NCBI RefSeq assembly: GCF_009914755.1
Contig: NC_060947.1
DNA: 64,000 bases
Origin: the human T2T-CHM13v2.0 reference genome, Homo sapiens
Reading direction: 5' to 3' (one strand)
In this document: positions 34,375 through 52,430 of the stretch, one piece after another
How positions within the stretch are numbered: position 1 is the stretch's first letter
Layout of the letters: the number at the start of each line of letters is the position of its first letter
The notes under the pieces: generated by a model
What the model saw: the letters and a program-made list of their open reading frames with translations, nothing else
Told to the model about the DNA's origin: nothing
The model's database searches: none
Translations under genes and position numbers: made by a program

Positions 34375-36507
34375 AATTGACAGGTTTTGTCTTTTTTTTC
34401 TGACTTCAGCACTTTGAATATATCATTCCACTCTCTCCTGGCCTGTCAGCTTTCTTCAGAGAAATACACTGATAGTGCAACTGAAATTCTCTTATATGTG
34501 ATATCCTTTTCTTTAGCTGATTTCACGATGCTCTGTCTTTGATTTTTGGCTGTTCAAGCATATGTCTTTGTGCAGTCTTATTTGGATTGAATCTGATTGC
34601 AGACTTTTGAGCTTTCTGTACCTGAATATTTGTATCTTTCCCCCAATTGGGAATTTTTCCACTATTGTTTATTAAAACAAACTTCCTATCCCTCCCTTTT
34701 TCTCTTCTCCTTCTTTTTAATGTCCATAATTTTAAAATTAGTTCTATTGATGCTGCCCCATAAATCCCATAGGCTTTCTTTATTTGTTTTCATTTTTTAT
34801 TTTTCTCTATGACTGGGTAATTTCAAATAACCTGTCTTTGAGTTCACAGATTCTTTTTTCTGCTTGATCAGTTTTGCTGTTGATATTCTCTATTGTAGTT
34901 TTTATTTTATTCATTGTATTCTTCAACTGTAGAATTTCTGTGTTTTTTTAAAATCTGAGATGATTAACTGATTAAATCTTTCTGTTAAATTTTTAGTTTT
35001 AAAATTTATTGTTTTCCTGGTTTCATTGAATTTTTCCCCCTATATTTTCCTTAAGTTGCTATGCTTCCTTAAAACAACTATTTTCAATTTTTTTTTTCAG
35101 GCAGCATATAGATCTCCATTTCTTTATGGGCAGCCACTGGGAATTATTGTGTTCTTTTGGTGGTTATATGTCTCCTTTATTTTTTGTGTTTCTTGTCAGC
35201 TTACACTGATTTTTGTGCTTTTGGTGGAGCAGTCACCTCTTCTAGACATTTTGGGCTAGTTTCACTGTAGAAAGACCTTCTCCTATGGTGGGGTGTATGA
35301 AGCCACTTGTTGGGTGAGGTACAGTAGTTCTGGTATTAGTGAAGATGTACCTCCATGCAGTCTTTGTGCAACTCTGTAAGCTGAGGTTAGTGTTGACAAA
35401 GCTCATATGGCAATGGCTCCAGTGTCTGAGGCATGGCAGGTATAGTGCAGGGTCTTCACTCATCAACCTCCGGATGTTTACAGTAGCAGTGAGGACTGTT
35501 GAGAACTTCAGTGACAATAAGTTCTAGGGTCTTCTTGATCTCTTGCTCCTACTGTGAGGTTGTGGCTGAGTGAGTTACTCACTGACACTGGATGCAGCCT
35601 GTGGGCTTGCTCCTAGTAGTGGAAGCACTGGTATCTGATGAGTAGTGCTTGTAGAGTGGCCATGGAGCCTAGGTCTGAAGCACAGGCACGTATGGAAGGG
35701 ACTATAGCTCTGGGGTCATGGTGGTAGTGTCAGTGGTGCCTAGGGTGCAGATACCCTTGGTGAGTTGGTAATGTTATGCTATATGTAGGTGCTTGTAAAG
35801 CAGTCAGGGAGCTGGGAACTAGAGCATGGGCATGCATAGAACTACAGTGACTTCAGGGTCAGGGTGAGGTCTTGCTCTCTATGGTGGCTGAGGTGGCATC
35901 TGGAGTGAGGCACAGGGAGTCCTTAGCTCTAGGACCTAGGGTGTGAGCTAGTTTGCTATACTCATGGCTCTGATTTGTGACTTGGGGTTGCATGCAACAT
36001 AGCCTTGGAGCCTGGGTCCAATGTGCAGGCTCTTAATGGCAACTGAACTGGTATCTATAGTGCAGTCACACGCAGAGAAACTTTGGATCTGGGGCCTGGG
36101 GTGTGAAGTAGCTTTTTATGGCCATGGCTCCAATGTCCAAGGTATGGCAGGTACAGTGCAGCCACAGAGATTGTGTCTGGAGTGTGGGTACTTGCAGAGT
36201 GGCTATGGCTCAGGGATTAGGGTCCTGCATGGGGTTGGGAGAGGTGGCAGCTCCATCCCTAGAGTGCCACACTGGCAACTGCTTCTTGAGGAGCAGGAGT
36301 GTGCAGCTATTTCTTCCTTTCTGGGTTTCCCAATGGAATGGCCATTGATTACCTAATTGACCAAAGATGCTGGTGTTCTCTGTGGAGCGGGTCACTGGGG
36401 AACCATAATGGTTCCTGCTGTGTGGCTGATCCCAATAGCCTCTGTCTTTTATCTTTGTTCCTAGCCAACTCCTTTCATTTCGGGTATGCTGATCTCACCT
36501 GCTATCC

Positions 36508-36524
36508 TGTGTGTGTGTGTGTGC

Positions 36525-36555
<31 letters not shown>
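36508..36555. repeat. (TG)n/(TA)n microsatellite
   Basis: Direct reading. Confidence 0.95.
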
Positions 36556-36556
<1 letters not shown>

Positions 36557-36759
36557 TCTCTGTTTTATTTTGCTCCACTGTGTTCCTGAAGATACTTAAA
36601 TGGGCCCTTGAATCCTGTCAGGTGTATTTCTGTTCATGGGTAGCTGTGTATATTTGATGTTTTTTTTTCGTGTGTATGATGGAATGAAAACTGGTATCTC
36701 TTACTTCACCTTCTTGGTGACATCCTTTTTAAAAAATTTTATTTATTTATTTATTTTAC

Positions 36760-39560
36760 ACCATCATTCTGCATTTCTCTTATTTTCCTTTTTTTACACC
36801 AGACATCTTAAATAGTAATTTTTTAAGATTTCAATTGTTTTTAATATATTTCCATTTTTCCTTGTTAGCAAATCAAAATACAACTGTTTTTTGTAGATTG
36901 AGTTTGTATCTAGTGACTATGCAAAACTTATTTATTTGTTTTAGGAGTTTTAGGGGTTTTTCTTTAGTAGTGTCTTTTGGATTTTATATGTAGACAATTA
37001 CATCATTGGCAAATAGTGGCAATTTTATTTTTCCTTTTCATCTGTATGCGTTTCATTTCCTTTTCTTTCCTTATTGCACTAGCAAGTACAATGTTAAATA
37101 GGAGTGCTGAGAATGGGCATCCTTGCTTTGTTATTTCCTTAGAATATATTTTTGAAATTTATTTTTTGAGTTAGGGATTTGTCCAAGTCTATGGAAGAAG
37201 TATTCTTTCACCATCAAGTATGATGTTACTCTAATGGGTGTTTTTTTGGTAGTTGATCTTCATCAAATTGAAGTAGTTTTCCTCTATTCCTATTTGCTGA
37301 AGGGTTTTTTTTTTTTAAATCATGACTGGTCAAATTTTGAAGAATAATATTTCTATATTATATTAGTCTTTGATTGCTGCATAATAAATTACCACAGTCT
37401 TAGCATCATAAAACAACACCTATTTATTAGTTAGCCATTCTGTAGGTCAGAAGTCTGCCACATTGCAGCTGGGTTCTCTGCTCAGAATCTTACAAGACTG
37501 CAATCAAATTGTTAGCCAGCTCACTTTTCATCTGAAAGTTCTGGGGGAAAGTTCACTTCCAAGCTCTTTCTTGTTGCTGGCAGATTTCAATTCCTTGTGG
37601 TGGTAGGACTGAGATCCCTATTTTCTTGCTGTCTGGTGGCTCGGGGTTGCTCTCAGCTCCTAGAGGCCACTGACATCCTTTCCATGTGCCCTTGTCTATC
37701 TTCAAGCCCGCAATAAAGTGTCAAATCCTCTTATGCTTTGAATCTCTGATTTCTTTGACCAGCCAGAGAAAATGCTCTGCTTTTAAAGGACTCTTGTGAT
37801 TAGATCAGGCCCACTTGAATACTCTTTTATTAGTCAACTGTGCCATATAACATAACCTAAGCATGGGAGTAAAAGCCATCAAATTCACTATTTCAGGGAA
37901 TTTACCAACTTGTACACTTGTGATGGTGGTGCCAGAAATCTTTGGAGACATCCTCTGCCTACCACATACATCTACTGAGATGAGCATTTTTTTTTTATCA
38001 TTAGTCTGTTGATATGGTGAATAACATTATTGAATTTCAAACGATGAATGACTCTCATTCTCAGTATAAACCCCAACTGGTCATGATGCATTATCCTTTT
38101 TTATATTGTTAAATTTGATTTGCTCATATTCTGTTGAGAATTTGAGTCTTTGTTTATGAAGAATATTAGCCTGTTTTATTATGCTTTTATAATTCTTATG
38201 TCTAGTTTTAGTATCAGGGTAGTTCTGGCCTTATAAGATAAGTTGGAAGTGGAGTTTCCATCTTACTGAGCTAGAAAAGACAGGGAGGGAGCAGTCTTGG
38301 TTCAAATTCCACAGACTTGACTTTTCTTACCAAATTAAAAAATGTTTCTTGCAGTTTCTTCTTCATTTACTGTATTCTTTTACAACCATTTTCAGGGCTT
38401 TAAATGGTTGTTTTTAATTTTTTTCACCAGTTTCAGTGGGGAATATGTCCCATGGAGCTCTTCATGCTGAAGTTGATCCCCTGTCCATTTTTTTTCCCAT
38501 TTTTGAAAGATCTATTTTGCTGAGTATGGAATTCTGGGTAGTTTTTTCTTTCAGCACATTAAAAATATCCCTCAATTGTCCTCTGACTTGCAGAGTTTCT
38601 AATGAGAAACGTGATGTAATTCTTTTTTTCCTCTGTATGTAAAATGTACATATTTTCTGGCTGCCTTAAAGATTGTTCTCTGTTTGATTTTTAGCAGTTT
38701 GATATGTATAGGTGATTTTTGTTTGTTTTATTTTATTTTAGTATTTATTGTTCTTTGTGTTCTCTGACATTATTGGATCTGTGGTTTGGTGTCTTATTAA
38801 TTTTGGAAAATTTTCACCAATTGTCTTTCAAATATTATTTTCTGCCTTATTCTCTCCCTTTTGGAATTCTAATGCACACAGGCACACATTGTTTGATATT
38901 GTTTTTTGATTCTTGGATTTTTTCCCCCCACTCCTTTCTTTGTGTTTAAGTTGGTTAATTTCTATTAATTTGTCTTCAAGTTCACTGATTCTTTCCCTGG
39001 CTATATTATGTTTTCAGGTGAGCTTGCCAAAAGCATTATTTATCTCTGTTAGCATGTTTTTCATTCCTAGCATTTCCACTTGGTTCTTTCTAATAGCTTT
39101 ATCTTTTCTGCTGAAATCCCCTGTGGAATCATGCATATTGTTCACATTTACCAATGAAGCCTTTAATATATTTATTATAACTACCTATATTTCCTATTGG
39201 ATAGGTCCAACATCTGTGCCATATCTGAGTCTGCTACTGATTCTTGCTTTATCTCTTGCCAGTATTTTTTTTCTTGCTTCTTTGTATGACTCATACATTT
39301 CTGTTGAAAGCTAGACATCTTGTATAGGATAATAGAGGTTGATGTAAACATTTTTTTATGCCTGGAAATGAGCATACTTACTTTTCCTCTAGGCCTTTAG
39401 TCAGTTTAGTTAGGACTTAAACTGGGTTTGGGTTTTGCTGTTGTTGTAGTTACCCTCAGAACACCACAGGATTCTATTTCCTCTAGCTTTACCTTGTGTT
39501 TAATATGGGGCTGATTTGCTACAGGGGTTTTTCAATGTCTGCTCCACTCTCAGATTTAGG
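36760..39560 (-). mobile_element. Ancient L1M fragments (ORF2 piece to ~38250, then L1MC/MD-like ORF1/5' region), interrupted by an MLT1 LTR
   Basis: Degenerate antisense L1 motifs (aataggagtgctgagaatgggcatccttg; gccatatctgagtctg). The 5' region is related to 7700-9430. Confidence 0.65.
37357..37966. mobile_element. MLT1 (E/F-like) MaLR LTR
   Basis: tattagt...ttgctgcataataaattaccac start and ...ctgcctaccaca end. Confidence 0.75.
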
Positions 39561-39561
39561 T

Positions 39562-42500
39562 TTGAGAAAGAAATAAAAGGGCAGTTCCTAATATTCGGAA
39601 ACTGGCCTGACACTCACAGGTAGACGATATTATTCTCTTGTTAGATATCCATGATATCACAGAATGCCACCTCGGATAAGTTTATTCTGAGACCAAGATA
39701 AAAATGAGACAAAGAAAGGTCACTTCATAATTTTTTTTCTAAGCATAGAGATAAGCAAGTTCCCTTTGCCACCTGCAAAATACTGAACATCTTTGTCCCT
39801 TGGCCAAAATAACTGGCTGCTACTTCTTTATTAATTAAAACTTTATTTCCATTCTAGTATCTAGATAAGATTTGTTGAGATAGTAAATAATAGGATTGCC
39901 CTTACTTTATGACAACATCCAATCTAGAATGAACCCACCCTTCCTTAGACCCTTTCCCTAAATCAGCCAACCAAAGCCCAAATCCTATAATTCTAACATC
40001 CAATTGTTGAGACATTCCATGATTCCCTATGAAGTGTGTTCTCCTTCCTTGCAATGAATAATAAACCAAAGATTTTCAGCTACCAATGTGTAATTGGCTG
40101 GGTGGCATTGACAGAATTAGAGGTTCACAAAGATTCAGCTGAGACCCTCACTGCATTGGACTAGAATGCTTAATTCCATGACATTTGAGACCCCTTCTTT
40201 CTTTATGTGCTCAATGTGCCACCTACTTTTGATTAGAAGATACGTTTATACTAAATTGAGCTCTGCTCAGGCCACTGCACTCCAGCCTGGGCAACAGAAT
40301 GAGACTCCGTCTCAAAAATAAATAAATAAATTGAGCTCTGGTATTTTGTTGGAGGTCTTCAATGTTGTGTTTATTTTGTTTTCTTAAAAGTAGGCCCCCC
40401 TTTGGGATTTTGGTTTTCTGATTAGATTTGTGTTGTTCTTTGATGACATTGTTCTCTAGCATCTACAGCTTGCTTGCCAAATGCCTTGTCTTGTTTGTCT
40501 GCTTGTCTATTGTCTTGAATCTTGTTTTTCTACAAGAAGAACCATTTTTGGGGAGATAATGGGAAGAGACCTGATAAGTTTATCCTCAAACTAGGCTTGG
40601 GGGATGAGAAGTTCAGATTTCTTTTTAGACTGGTATTTTTTGGACAAACTTTGCTATAATCAACATTTCAAACCTTATAAGGACTTTTCCCTTATTCTTT
40701 TTTTTTGTCTTTGTGAACTGCTTTTGTTTGAGTTTCATCTGCATGAAATCAGAAGGTTTGTCTCATCCCTGATGAGTAATGATCTTTGACTAAGATCTAG
40801 ATATACAAGGACACGTGACCACCATTCTTACAGGCATATTGAGGTTCTCATAGGATCTTTTCAATCTAAAACTGTATCTCCTCCAGAATGGACAGTTTCC
40901 TTTATTTTTTCTTGGTACAACACGAACTCCTGTGTACACCTAACTGGCACAATTTCAGTTTGAAATTACAGTGGATGCTTGGGAACCTTTTGATATAGAC
41001 AAACTTGTTCATTTGAGAGGTGCCTTTGAACAAAAGAGAATTGAAATGCTGACTGTCCAATGGTTTGCTTTCTTTCATTGGTATGAAGAGGGATTTGAAT
41101 AAAATTTGCACTAAAAATTGCCTTTCTAAAAGATCATCTAGCTAAAACTAATGCAAAATATAAGCAACCTAAGACCATTTGCCTTGTGGATCAACTAAAA
41201 TCCCATTTCAATTCTTCCTATCTGTGTCCCATTCTCCCTCTACCTCCTTTGCCTTCACCATCAGAACCTTATTTAACTTTCATGGAGTTCTTCCTTTTGT
41301 CTCCTTCTCTTTCTAAATAAGTTGCACTACCTCTTCCTCAAAATCCCTTAAAATTGCAACCTCAACAGAAGAAAGATCCCGGCAGTGAGCGGGACACAGA
41401 TTTTAAGCCTGGGTCACACTCACTGCAATAGTTACATACATCCCTAATTCCAAAATAAAAAGAGAAAATTCAATAAAGTATTCAAACTTATTATGGGCAC
41501 ATACAACACGGGCCTCATGGACCTCTACCAACAAATTCACCTTTTGGCGGGGCCAGGAAATACAAAACCTTAGTTAGAAAAGGCCAATTGGAAAGACCTA
41601 GAAAGTGACTTCAAAAACAATCAGGACACCTTAAGCACAGCAAATAGGCCATAACCTTTTGAAAACTATACCATAACTCTTTCCCACTAAAATAAACCAG
41701 ACCTTGACAGAATAGATCCATAAGATACTCAAAGACAGACTAATAAGCATTCTTAAAAAAATTTTCAGGGTTCACCCCCAATGTTGACATTTCTAATACT
41801 CTTTCCACTTTCTTTGATAAATTAAAGCCAGAAATTGCAGATATGGTACAGAAAAAAAATTGCCTGGCAAACCATGTCACTAATTGAACTTCAGCATTTG
41901 GCTAAACATTTTTAAATGGCTTTAAATATCAAATGAGAAAGTAAAACCCCAAACTATCCTTATACAATTATAAGTAAAGCATTTAAATAGATATTTCTCA
42001 TCCACAAGGGACAATAAATATTTTCCCTTTAACAAAGACACTTGCTGATACTATAAATAAATGGGACACTGGAAAAAATAACTGTCCCATCTTAACTAAA
42101 AAGAAAAATGAACTACCAACCCTCTTTTTTCTAAAGAATTATTATATGAAGCTGCTCTGCGGGGGATTCCCTTAAATCACAAGGAGAACTATCTTTAATA
42201 ATAGAAAAACAAAAACAAACTTTTTTGGTAGATATGGGCACTACTCTGTTGATTATAAATCCCATTACAATTGCAACTCATTTTCCTTGGAGTCATAAAA
42301 CTATTCTGGTGACAGGAATTTCAAACAATCCTCAAACTATTCCCAATACCTCAACCTGTGACTGTAACTCTCAGCCTCCTCATTAGTCAACATGTATTTC
42401 TTCTCCCTGACACCAATTATTGAAAGACATCTTTTATGTAAATGTATTGCCAAATCAAATGCTCCTCAGGTGAACTACTTCTCAAAATACCTGATTATTC

Positions 42501-43280
42501 TTCCATGCATGATTCTTTAATGGTGCAGTTAGATATCAAGTTGACTATCCTTATAAGCTTGACCAAATCTGGGTTTGAGGATTTATGTGAGGTTCCTTAT
42601 TCTCCAGCAGTTCTACAGATGTGAGAAGAATTCTAGGGATTAAACTTCTAATGTAGAAAAGGACTTCTTGAAATTCTTCCCTAAAGTTGTTTGATACCTT
42701 CTAAACCTAAAACTAAAGAAGGATTGAGCCCCTTTTGTGGAAGGTTTTATGAAATGATGACTAGTTACTTCTCACACTAGTCCAGGTAATATTCCAATGT
42801 TGCCTGTTAAAAAGACTCATGGGAGTGGATATTGATTTGTGTAAGACCTTAAGTCTAAAAATAAGATTGTGATTCTTTGTTTCCCAGTGGTCAGTCCCAA
42901 ATCTAAATATTTTGTCCTAAATACTGCAAGAAGCCACCTACTTCATTGTAGCAAAGTTATGTTCTGCCTTTTTAGCATCCCACTGGATTCAGATAGTTTA
43001 TATTTATTTGACTTCTTATGAGAAAACCAATGATATAGCTGGACTGTTATGCTCCAGGGATTTACTGACACCTTCCCTTATTTATCTGAAATTCCTGACT
43101 GGGACTTTAAGGATTTGAGATTTACTTATGATTCTCTCCTTATACAATGATCTTTTACTGTGTTCCAATGATGATATTGTACTATGCTTAAAAAACAGGA
43201 AAAGCTTTAAGATTGATTCTGTGTATTTATTAAATCTCTACAATACTTCCCAATGCTGGGGTTGCAGAGATAGTATAAAC
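39562..43280 (+). mobile_element. Degenerate ERV1-class provirus, 5' half: LTR (~39562-40113), PBS-like site, gag, pro and start of pol
   Basis: TG...CA LTR with AATAAA. Zinc-knuckle remnant at ~42043-42087 (C*YYK*MGHWK), protease FLVDMGTTL at ~42222-42248, RT motifs PMLPVKK...FV*DL at ~42795-42850 and YSWTVMLQGF at ~43034-43065. No 3' half. Confidence 0.8.
40266..40326 (+). mobile_element. Extremely 5'-truncated Alu (~60 bp)
   Basis: gccactgcactccagcctgggcaacag...(TAAA)n with TSD taaattgagctctg at 40252-40265 and 40327-40340. Confidence 0.92.
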
Positions 43281-43468
43281 CTTTTTTTCTTTTTCTTCAT
43301 GAAGGGTCCGGACATAATTGAGTCATAATTGAGTATGGACCCAATTATATGGGAATCATGTATAAAATATATTTCAATGATAGTATGCTTTTCAGGCTAA
43401 AAGAAGCATGTACAAGTTTATGTGCAAAGACTGGCAGAATATTAAAGATTGCTTTTTAAGATTCTAGA

Positions 43469-48102
<4,634 letters not shown>

Positions 48103-48408
48103 GCCCTTTTACTTAATCAACACATCACTCCAACAATTCTCCCATCTCTCCTTTATTACATTTAGCAATATATAAAAATAATAAAACTTCAAAAGCAAAT
48201 CAGGTATGTCTTGGGAATGCAAAACTGGTTCAATAAAAAATGTAACCCACCATATGAAACAGATTGAAGAAAAAAGCCCATATTATTGTATCAATTGATG
48301 CAGAGAATCAACTGGAAAAGTTCAACACTCATTCGTGACTTTAAATAAAACACTCAACAAATAGGAATAGAAAGGGATTTACTCAACTTGATAAAAAGTA
48401 TCTATGAT

Positions 48409-48708
48409 CTGGGCACTCTGGCTCATGCCTGTAATCCCAGCATTTTGGGGGCCAAGGTGGGCAGATGTCATAAGGTCAACAGCTCAAGACCAGCCTGGCC
48501 AACATGGTGAAACCCTGATTCTACTAAAAATACAAAAATTACCTGGGCATGGCGGCATGTGCCTGTAATCCCAGCTACTCGGGAGGTTGAGGCAGGAGAA
48601 TCGCTTTAACCAGGGAGGCGGACGTTGCAGTGAGCCAAGATCGCATCACAGCACTCCAGCCTCGACGACAGAGTGAGTGAGACTCTGTTTCAAAAAGAAA
48701 AAAAAAAG
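48409..48708 (+). mobile_element. AluS
   Basis: Full dimer with A tail. No TSD visible. Confidence 0.92.
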
Positions 48709-49342
48709 AAGACATGTAAGAAAATCTTTATGGCATGGGCATAAGCAAAGAGTTATTAGATATTGAAGCACAATCTAAATAAGATATAATTGATAAATTG
48801 GAATTCCTCAAATTTTAAAACCTTTGCTCTTAGAAAGTCAGTGCTGAAGGAAGGAAAAGATGAACTACCAAGTGAGAAATAATATTTGCAAATCACATAT
48901 TCAACACAAAACTTGTAGCTAGAATCCACAAAAATCAATAATAAGAAAACAAATAACCCAATTTAAAGATGGGCAAAAGACCCAAGCAGACACTTGACCA
49001 AAAAGGATATAGTGGTGCAAATAAGCACATGAAAAGATATTCACCATAATTAGCCATTATGGAAATAAAAGCTAAAAGTACAATTAGTACTGCCATATAC
49101 TTATGACAATACCTAAAATTTAAAAATATAACACCTTCAAGTTCTGGTGAGGTTGCAGGAGAACTAGAACTCTTAAACCTTGCTGGTAGATATGCAAAAT
49201 GGTAGAACTGCTCTGGAACACAGTTTGGCAGTTGCTTATAAACTTAAACATATACTTAACATATGACCCAGAAATCCCATACCAAGTATTTACTCTAGAG
49301 AAATCAAAACTATGTACATAAAAACCTGTACACAAATGTTTT

Positions 49343-50028
49343 TATTTATTTATTTTTTAAATTTTATTATTACTATACTTTAAGTTTTAGGGTACATGTG
49401 CATAACATGCAGGTTTGTTACATATGCATACATGTGCCATGTTGGTGTGCTGCACCCATTAACTCGTCATTTAGCATTAGGTATATCTCCTAATGCTATC
49501 CCTCCCCACTCCCCCTACCCCACAACAGGCCCCGGTGTGTGATGTTCTCCTTCCTGTGTCCATGTGTTCTCATTGTTCAATTCCCACCTATGAGTGAGAA
49601 CATGCGGTGTTTGGTTTTTTGTCCTTGAGATAGTTTGCTGAGAATGATGGTTTCCAGCTTCATCCATGTCCCTACCAAGGACATGAACTCATCATTTTTT
49701 ATGGCTGCATAGTATTCCATGATGTATATGTGCCACATTTTCTTAATCCAGTCTATCATTGTTGGACATTTGGGTTGGTTCCAAGTCTTTGCTATTGTGA
49801 ATAGTGCCACAATAAACATACGTGTGCATGTGTCTTTATAGCAGCATGATTTATAATCCTTTGGGTATATACCCAGTAATGGGATGGCTGGGTATTTCTA
49901 GTTCTAGATCCCTGAGGAATCGCCACACTGACTTCCACAATGGTTGAACTAGTTTCTAGTCCCACCAACAGTGTAAAAGTGAAAGTCAGGAAACAACAGG
50001 TGCTGGAGAGGTTGTGGAGAAATAGGAG
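49343..50028 (-). mobile_element. Short twin-primed L1PA (minus 49343-49980, inverted piece 49981-50028)
   Basis: TSD cacaaatgtttt at 49331-49342 and 50029-50040. The two parts are adjacent in L1 coordinates. Confidence 0.92.
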
Positions 50029-50499
50029 CACAAATGTTTTAAAAAACTCCATTCATAATCATCAAAAATGGAAACAACCCAAATATCCTTTAATGACTGA
50101 ATGTATAGACAACCTGTGGTATGTATATCCATATAATGGAATACTAATCCAGAAGAAAAAGAAACAAATTACTGATACACAGACCAACTTCAATGAATCT
50201 CAAAGGCACTACACTGAATAAAAGAAACTATTCTCAAAAATCACTTATTCTTTTTATAATTCCATTTATACAGTAACAGAAAACAGACCAGTGGTTGTCG
50301 GAATTTAGAAATGAGGAAAGGGCATGACTACAAAGAAATAAAACACGGCAGTTTTGGGGTTAATAGTACTGTTCTGTATCCTGGTTGTGGTAGTTGTTAA
50401 CCAATCTACATATGTGTTAAAGTTTATAAGACAATAAACAAAACTTTAATAATTAGCTAATTTTAAAAATAAAAGTTAAAAGGTAATTTTGAAAACAAA

Positions 50500-50715
50500 T
50501 GAGTTCTGCTAACAGGACAAGATGAATTAAATGTAATTTTCTCTATCCCACTCAAAACCATAGATATTATACATTAAAGAAAGATAAGGCTCTGAAAGGT
50601 AGAAAGAAAAAAATACCCTATTATCGTATCAATTGATGCAGAGAATCCATTGCAGAGAAAAAAGCACACTGGCTAGAGAGCATACAAGATGTTAAGTTCT
50701 CTGGGTTTTCTCTTC
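50500..50715 (+). mobile_element. L1MC/MD-like extreme 5' fragment
   Basis: caagatgaattaa...ctctgaaaggtagaaag...gttctctgggttttct resembles old L1M 5' ends. Confidence 0.5.
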
Positions 50716-50727
50716 TTATTTGTAAAC

Positions 50728-52088
50728 CCTTATTGAAATATAAATCACATAGCATATAATTCACCCATTTAAAGTGTATACATCAATGGATTTTAGTATG
50801 TTTACAGGATTGTGCAATCACCATCACAATCAATTTTAAAACATTTTCATTAGCCCCCAAAGAAACTCCTTACCCATTAGCAGTCATTTCTCATATGCCC
50901 CCAACTTGCATAAGTTGCAGTCACCCCTGCTGGGGATCCCGAGGCCAGAGTATGTAAAGTTCCTGGGACTCTGTGCGTGCCTGAGCAGCTGCTCTACTAA
51001 GACTTTATGAAGCTTTGTGTGTCATAACAAAGTCCCTGGTAGAGTGCGTTCATGAGGGGAACTCCTGACCTGAGGGTTGCAATGATTCCTGGGAGAAGTG
51101 TGGTCTCCCGGAGTCACACATTCACTCACTGCCTTCCTGGGCCGGGGGAGGTTCCCTTGGCTCCGTGTCACTCTGGGTGAGCCATCGCCCTGCCCTGCTT
51201 TTCTCCATTCTCCGTGGGTCGAGCTATTTTTCTGATGAGTCCCAAGGAGAGAACCTGGATATTTCCATTGAAGTTGCTGTATTTACTCGCCCCTTTCGTT
51301 CCTCTCCATGAGAGCCATGTACTGTAGCTGCTTCCAGTTGGCCATCTTCACTCGATCCCTTACCTATTATTTTCTTTTGTCACTTGTGTTTTTATGTCAT
51401 ATTTAAGGTTTTCTAACACATATGTGTTCTGTTGTGTATTCATTCCTTCTAACACAAAGCCACAAGACTTACCGCCATGTTTTCTTCTAATGTTTTATGG
51501 TTTTAGCTCTTACATTTAGGTAGATAGTCCGTTTTGAGTTAATTTTTGTACATAGTATAAGGTATGTGTTTACATTCGTTTGCAAGTGGATATCCATTTG
51601 TTTCATGACCTTTTTAATATTAATTTCTATTTTATTGTGGTAAACACATTTAACATGAGATCTACTCTCATAACAAATTTTTAAGTGCAGAAAATTAAGG
51701 TAAGAAACTTGTGTATATATGCAGTATTGTTAACTATATGTATAATGTTGTATACATTCATCTTGCATTACTGAAACTTTATGCCCATTGATGAGTAACT
51801 TCCAATTTCACCTTTCTACCAGTTGCTGGAAACTACCATTCCACTCTTTGATTCTATGAATTTGACTATTTTAGGTACCACATATAAGTGGAATCATGAA
51901 GTATTTGTCTTCCATACTGGTTTATTTCATTTAGTATAATGTCCTCAAGATTTATACATGTTGCATATAGCAGAATTTCCTTCTTTGGAAAGGCTACATA
52001 GCAATCAATTGTAGGTGTATCTTTATCTATTTATCTGACAATTGACATGTAGCTTGTTTCCACATCTTGGCTACTGTGAATTGCGCTG
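50728..52088 (-). mobile_element. L1MB-like 3' and ORF2 fragments, interrupted by an L1P 5'UTR piece
   Basis: aattcacccatttaaagtgtatac and acatttaacatgagatctactctc 3'UTR signatures. Confidence 0.7.
50907..51358 (-). mobile_element. Isolated 5' end of an older L1PA (L1P3/P4-type 5'UTR)
   Basis: Minus strand starts ...AAGATGGCCAACTGGAAGCAGC. Homologous to 52937-53178. Confidence 0.8.
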
Positions 52089-52430
52089 CTATGATAAAAG
52101 GAATGCTAATATTTCCTCCAGAGACTGGGCCCTGGGTTGCATGGGCAGTGAGGCAGGGTGAGATTGTGAGTGAGGGTCAGACTTCCAGGGCCTGAGAGCT
52201 GAGGCCTGGAATGGGTCTGTCAGGCTGGGTTTGATGAAGGAGGCAGACAGGAACTGGATGTTGGATTTGGAGAGGAGTGTGGGGTAGGTGGAAGGGTATT
52301 GTAGGCAGGAGCAGCAGGTGGTGGTAGGAGTTAGACTTCTCACCTTCCCCGGATAGCACCCCATTTGCTGCCCTTTCCTTGGCTTTTCTGTCTGGTAATC
52401 CCTCTGTGCTTCCTCACCCCACCTCTACAG

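Larger units (their letters stand above)
48165..50482 (+). mobile_element. Ancient L1M (MB/MC-like) ORF2 and 3' fragments, hosting an Alu and an L1PA
   Basis: Degenerate sense L1 ORF2 C-terminal and 3'UTR motifs. Confidence 0.7.

Noticed and set aside
49343-49980. Displaced 3' end of the 43469-48102 L1
   Set aside because: It has its own 12 bp TSD and inversion, so it is an independent insertion.
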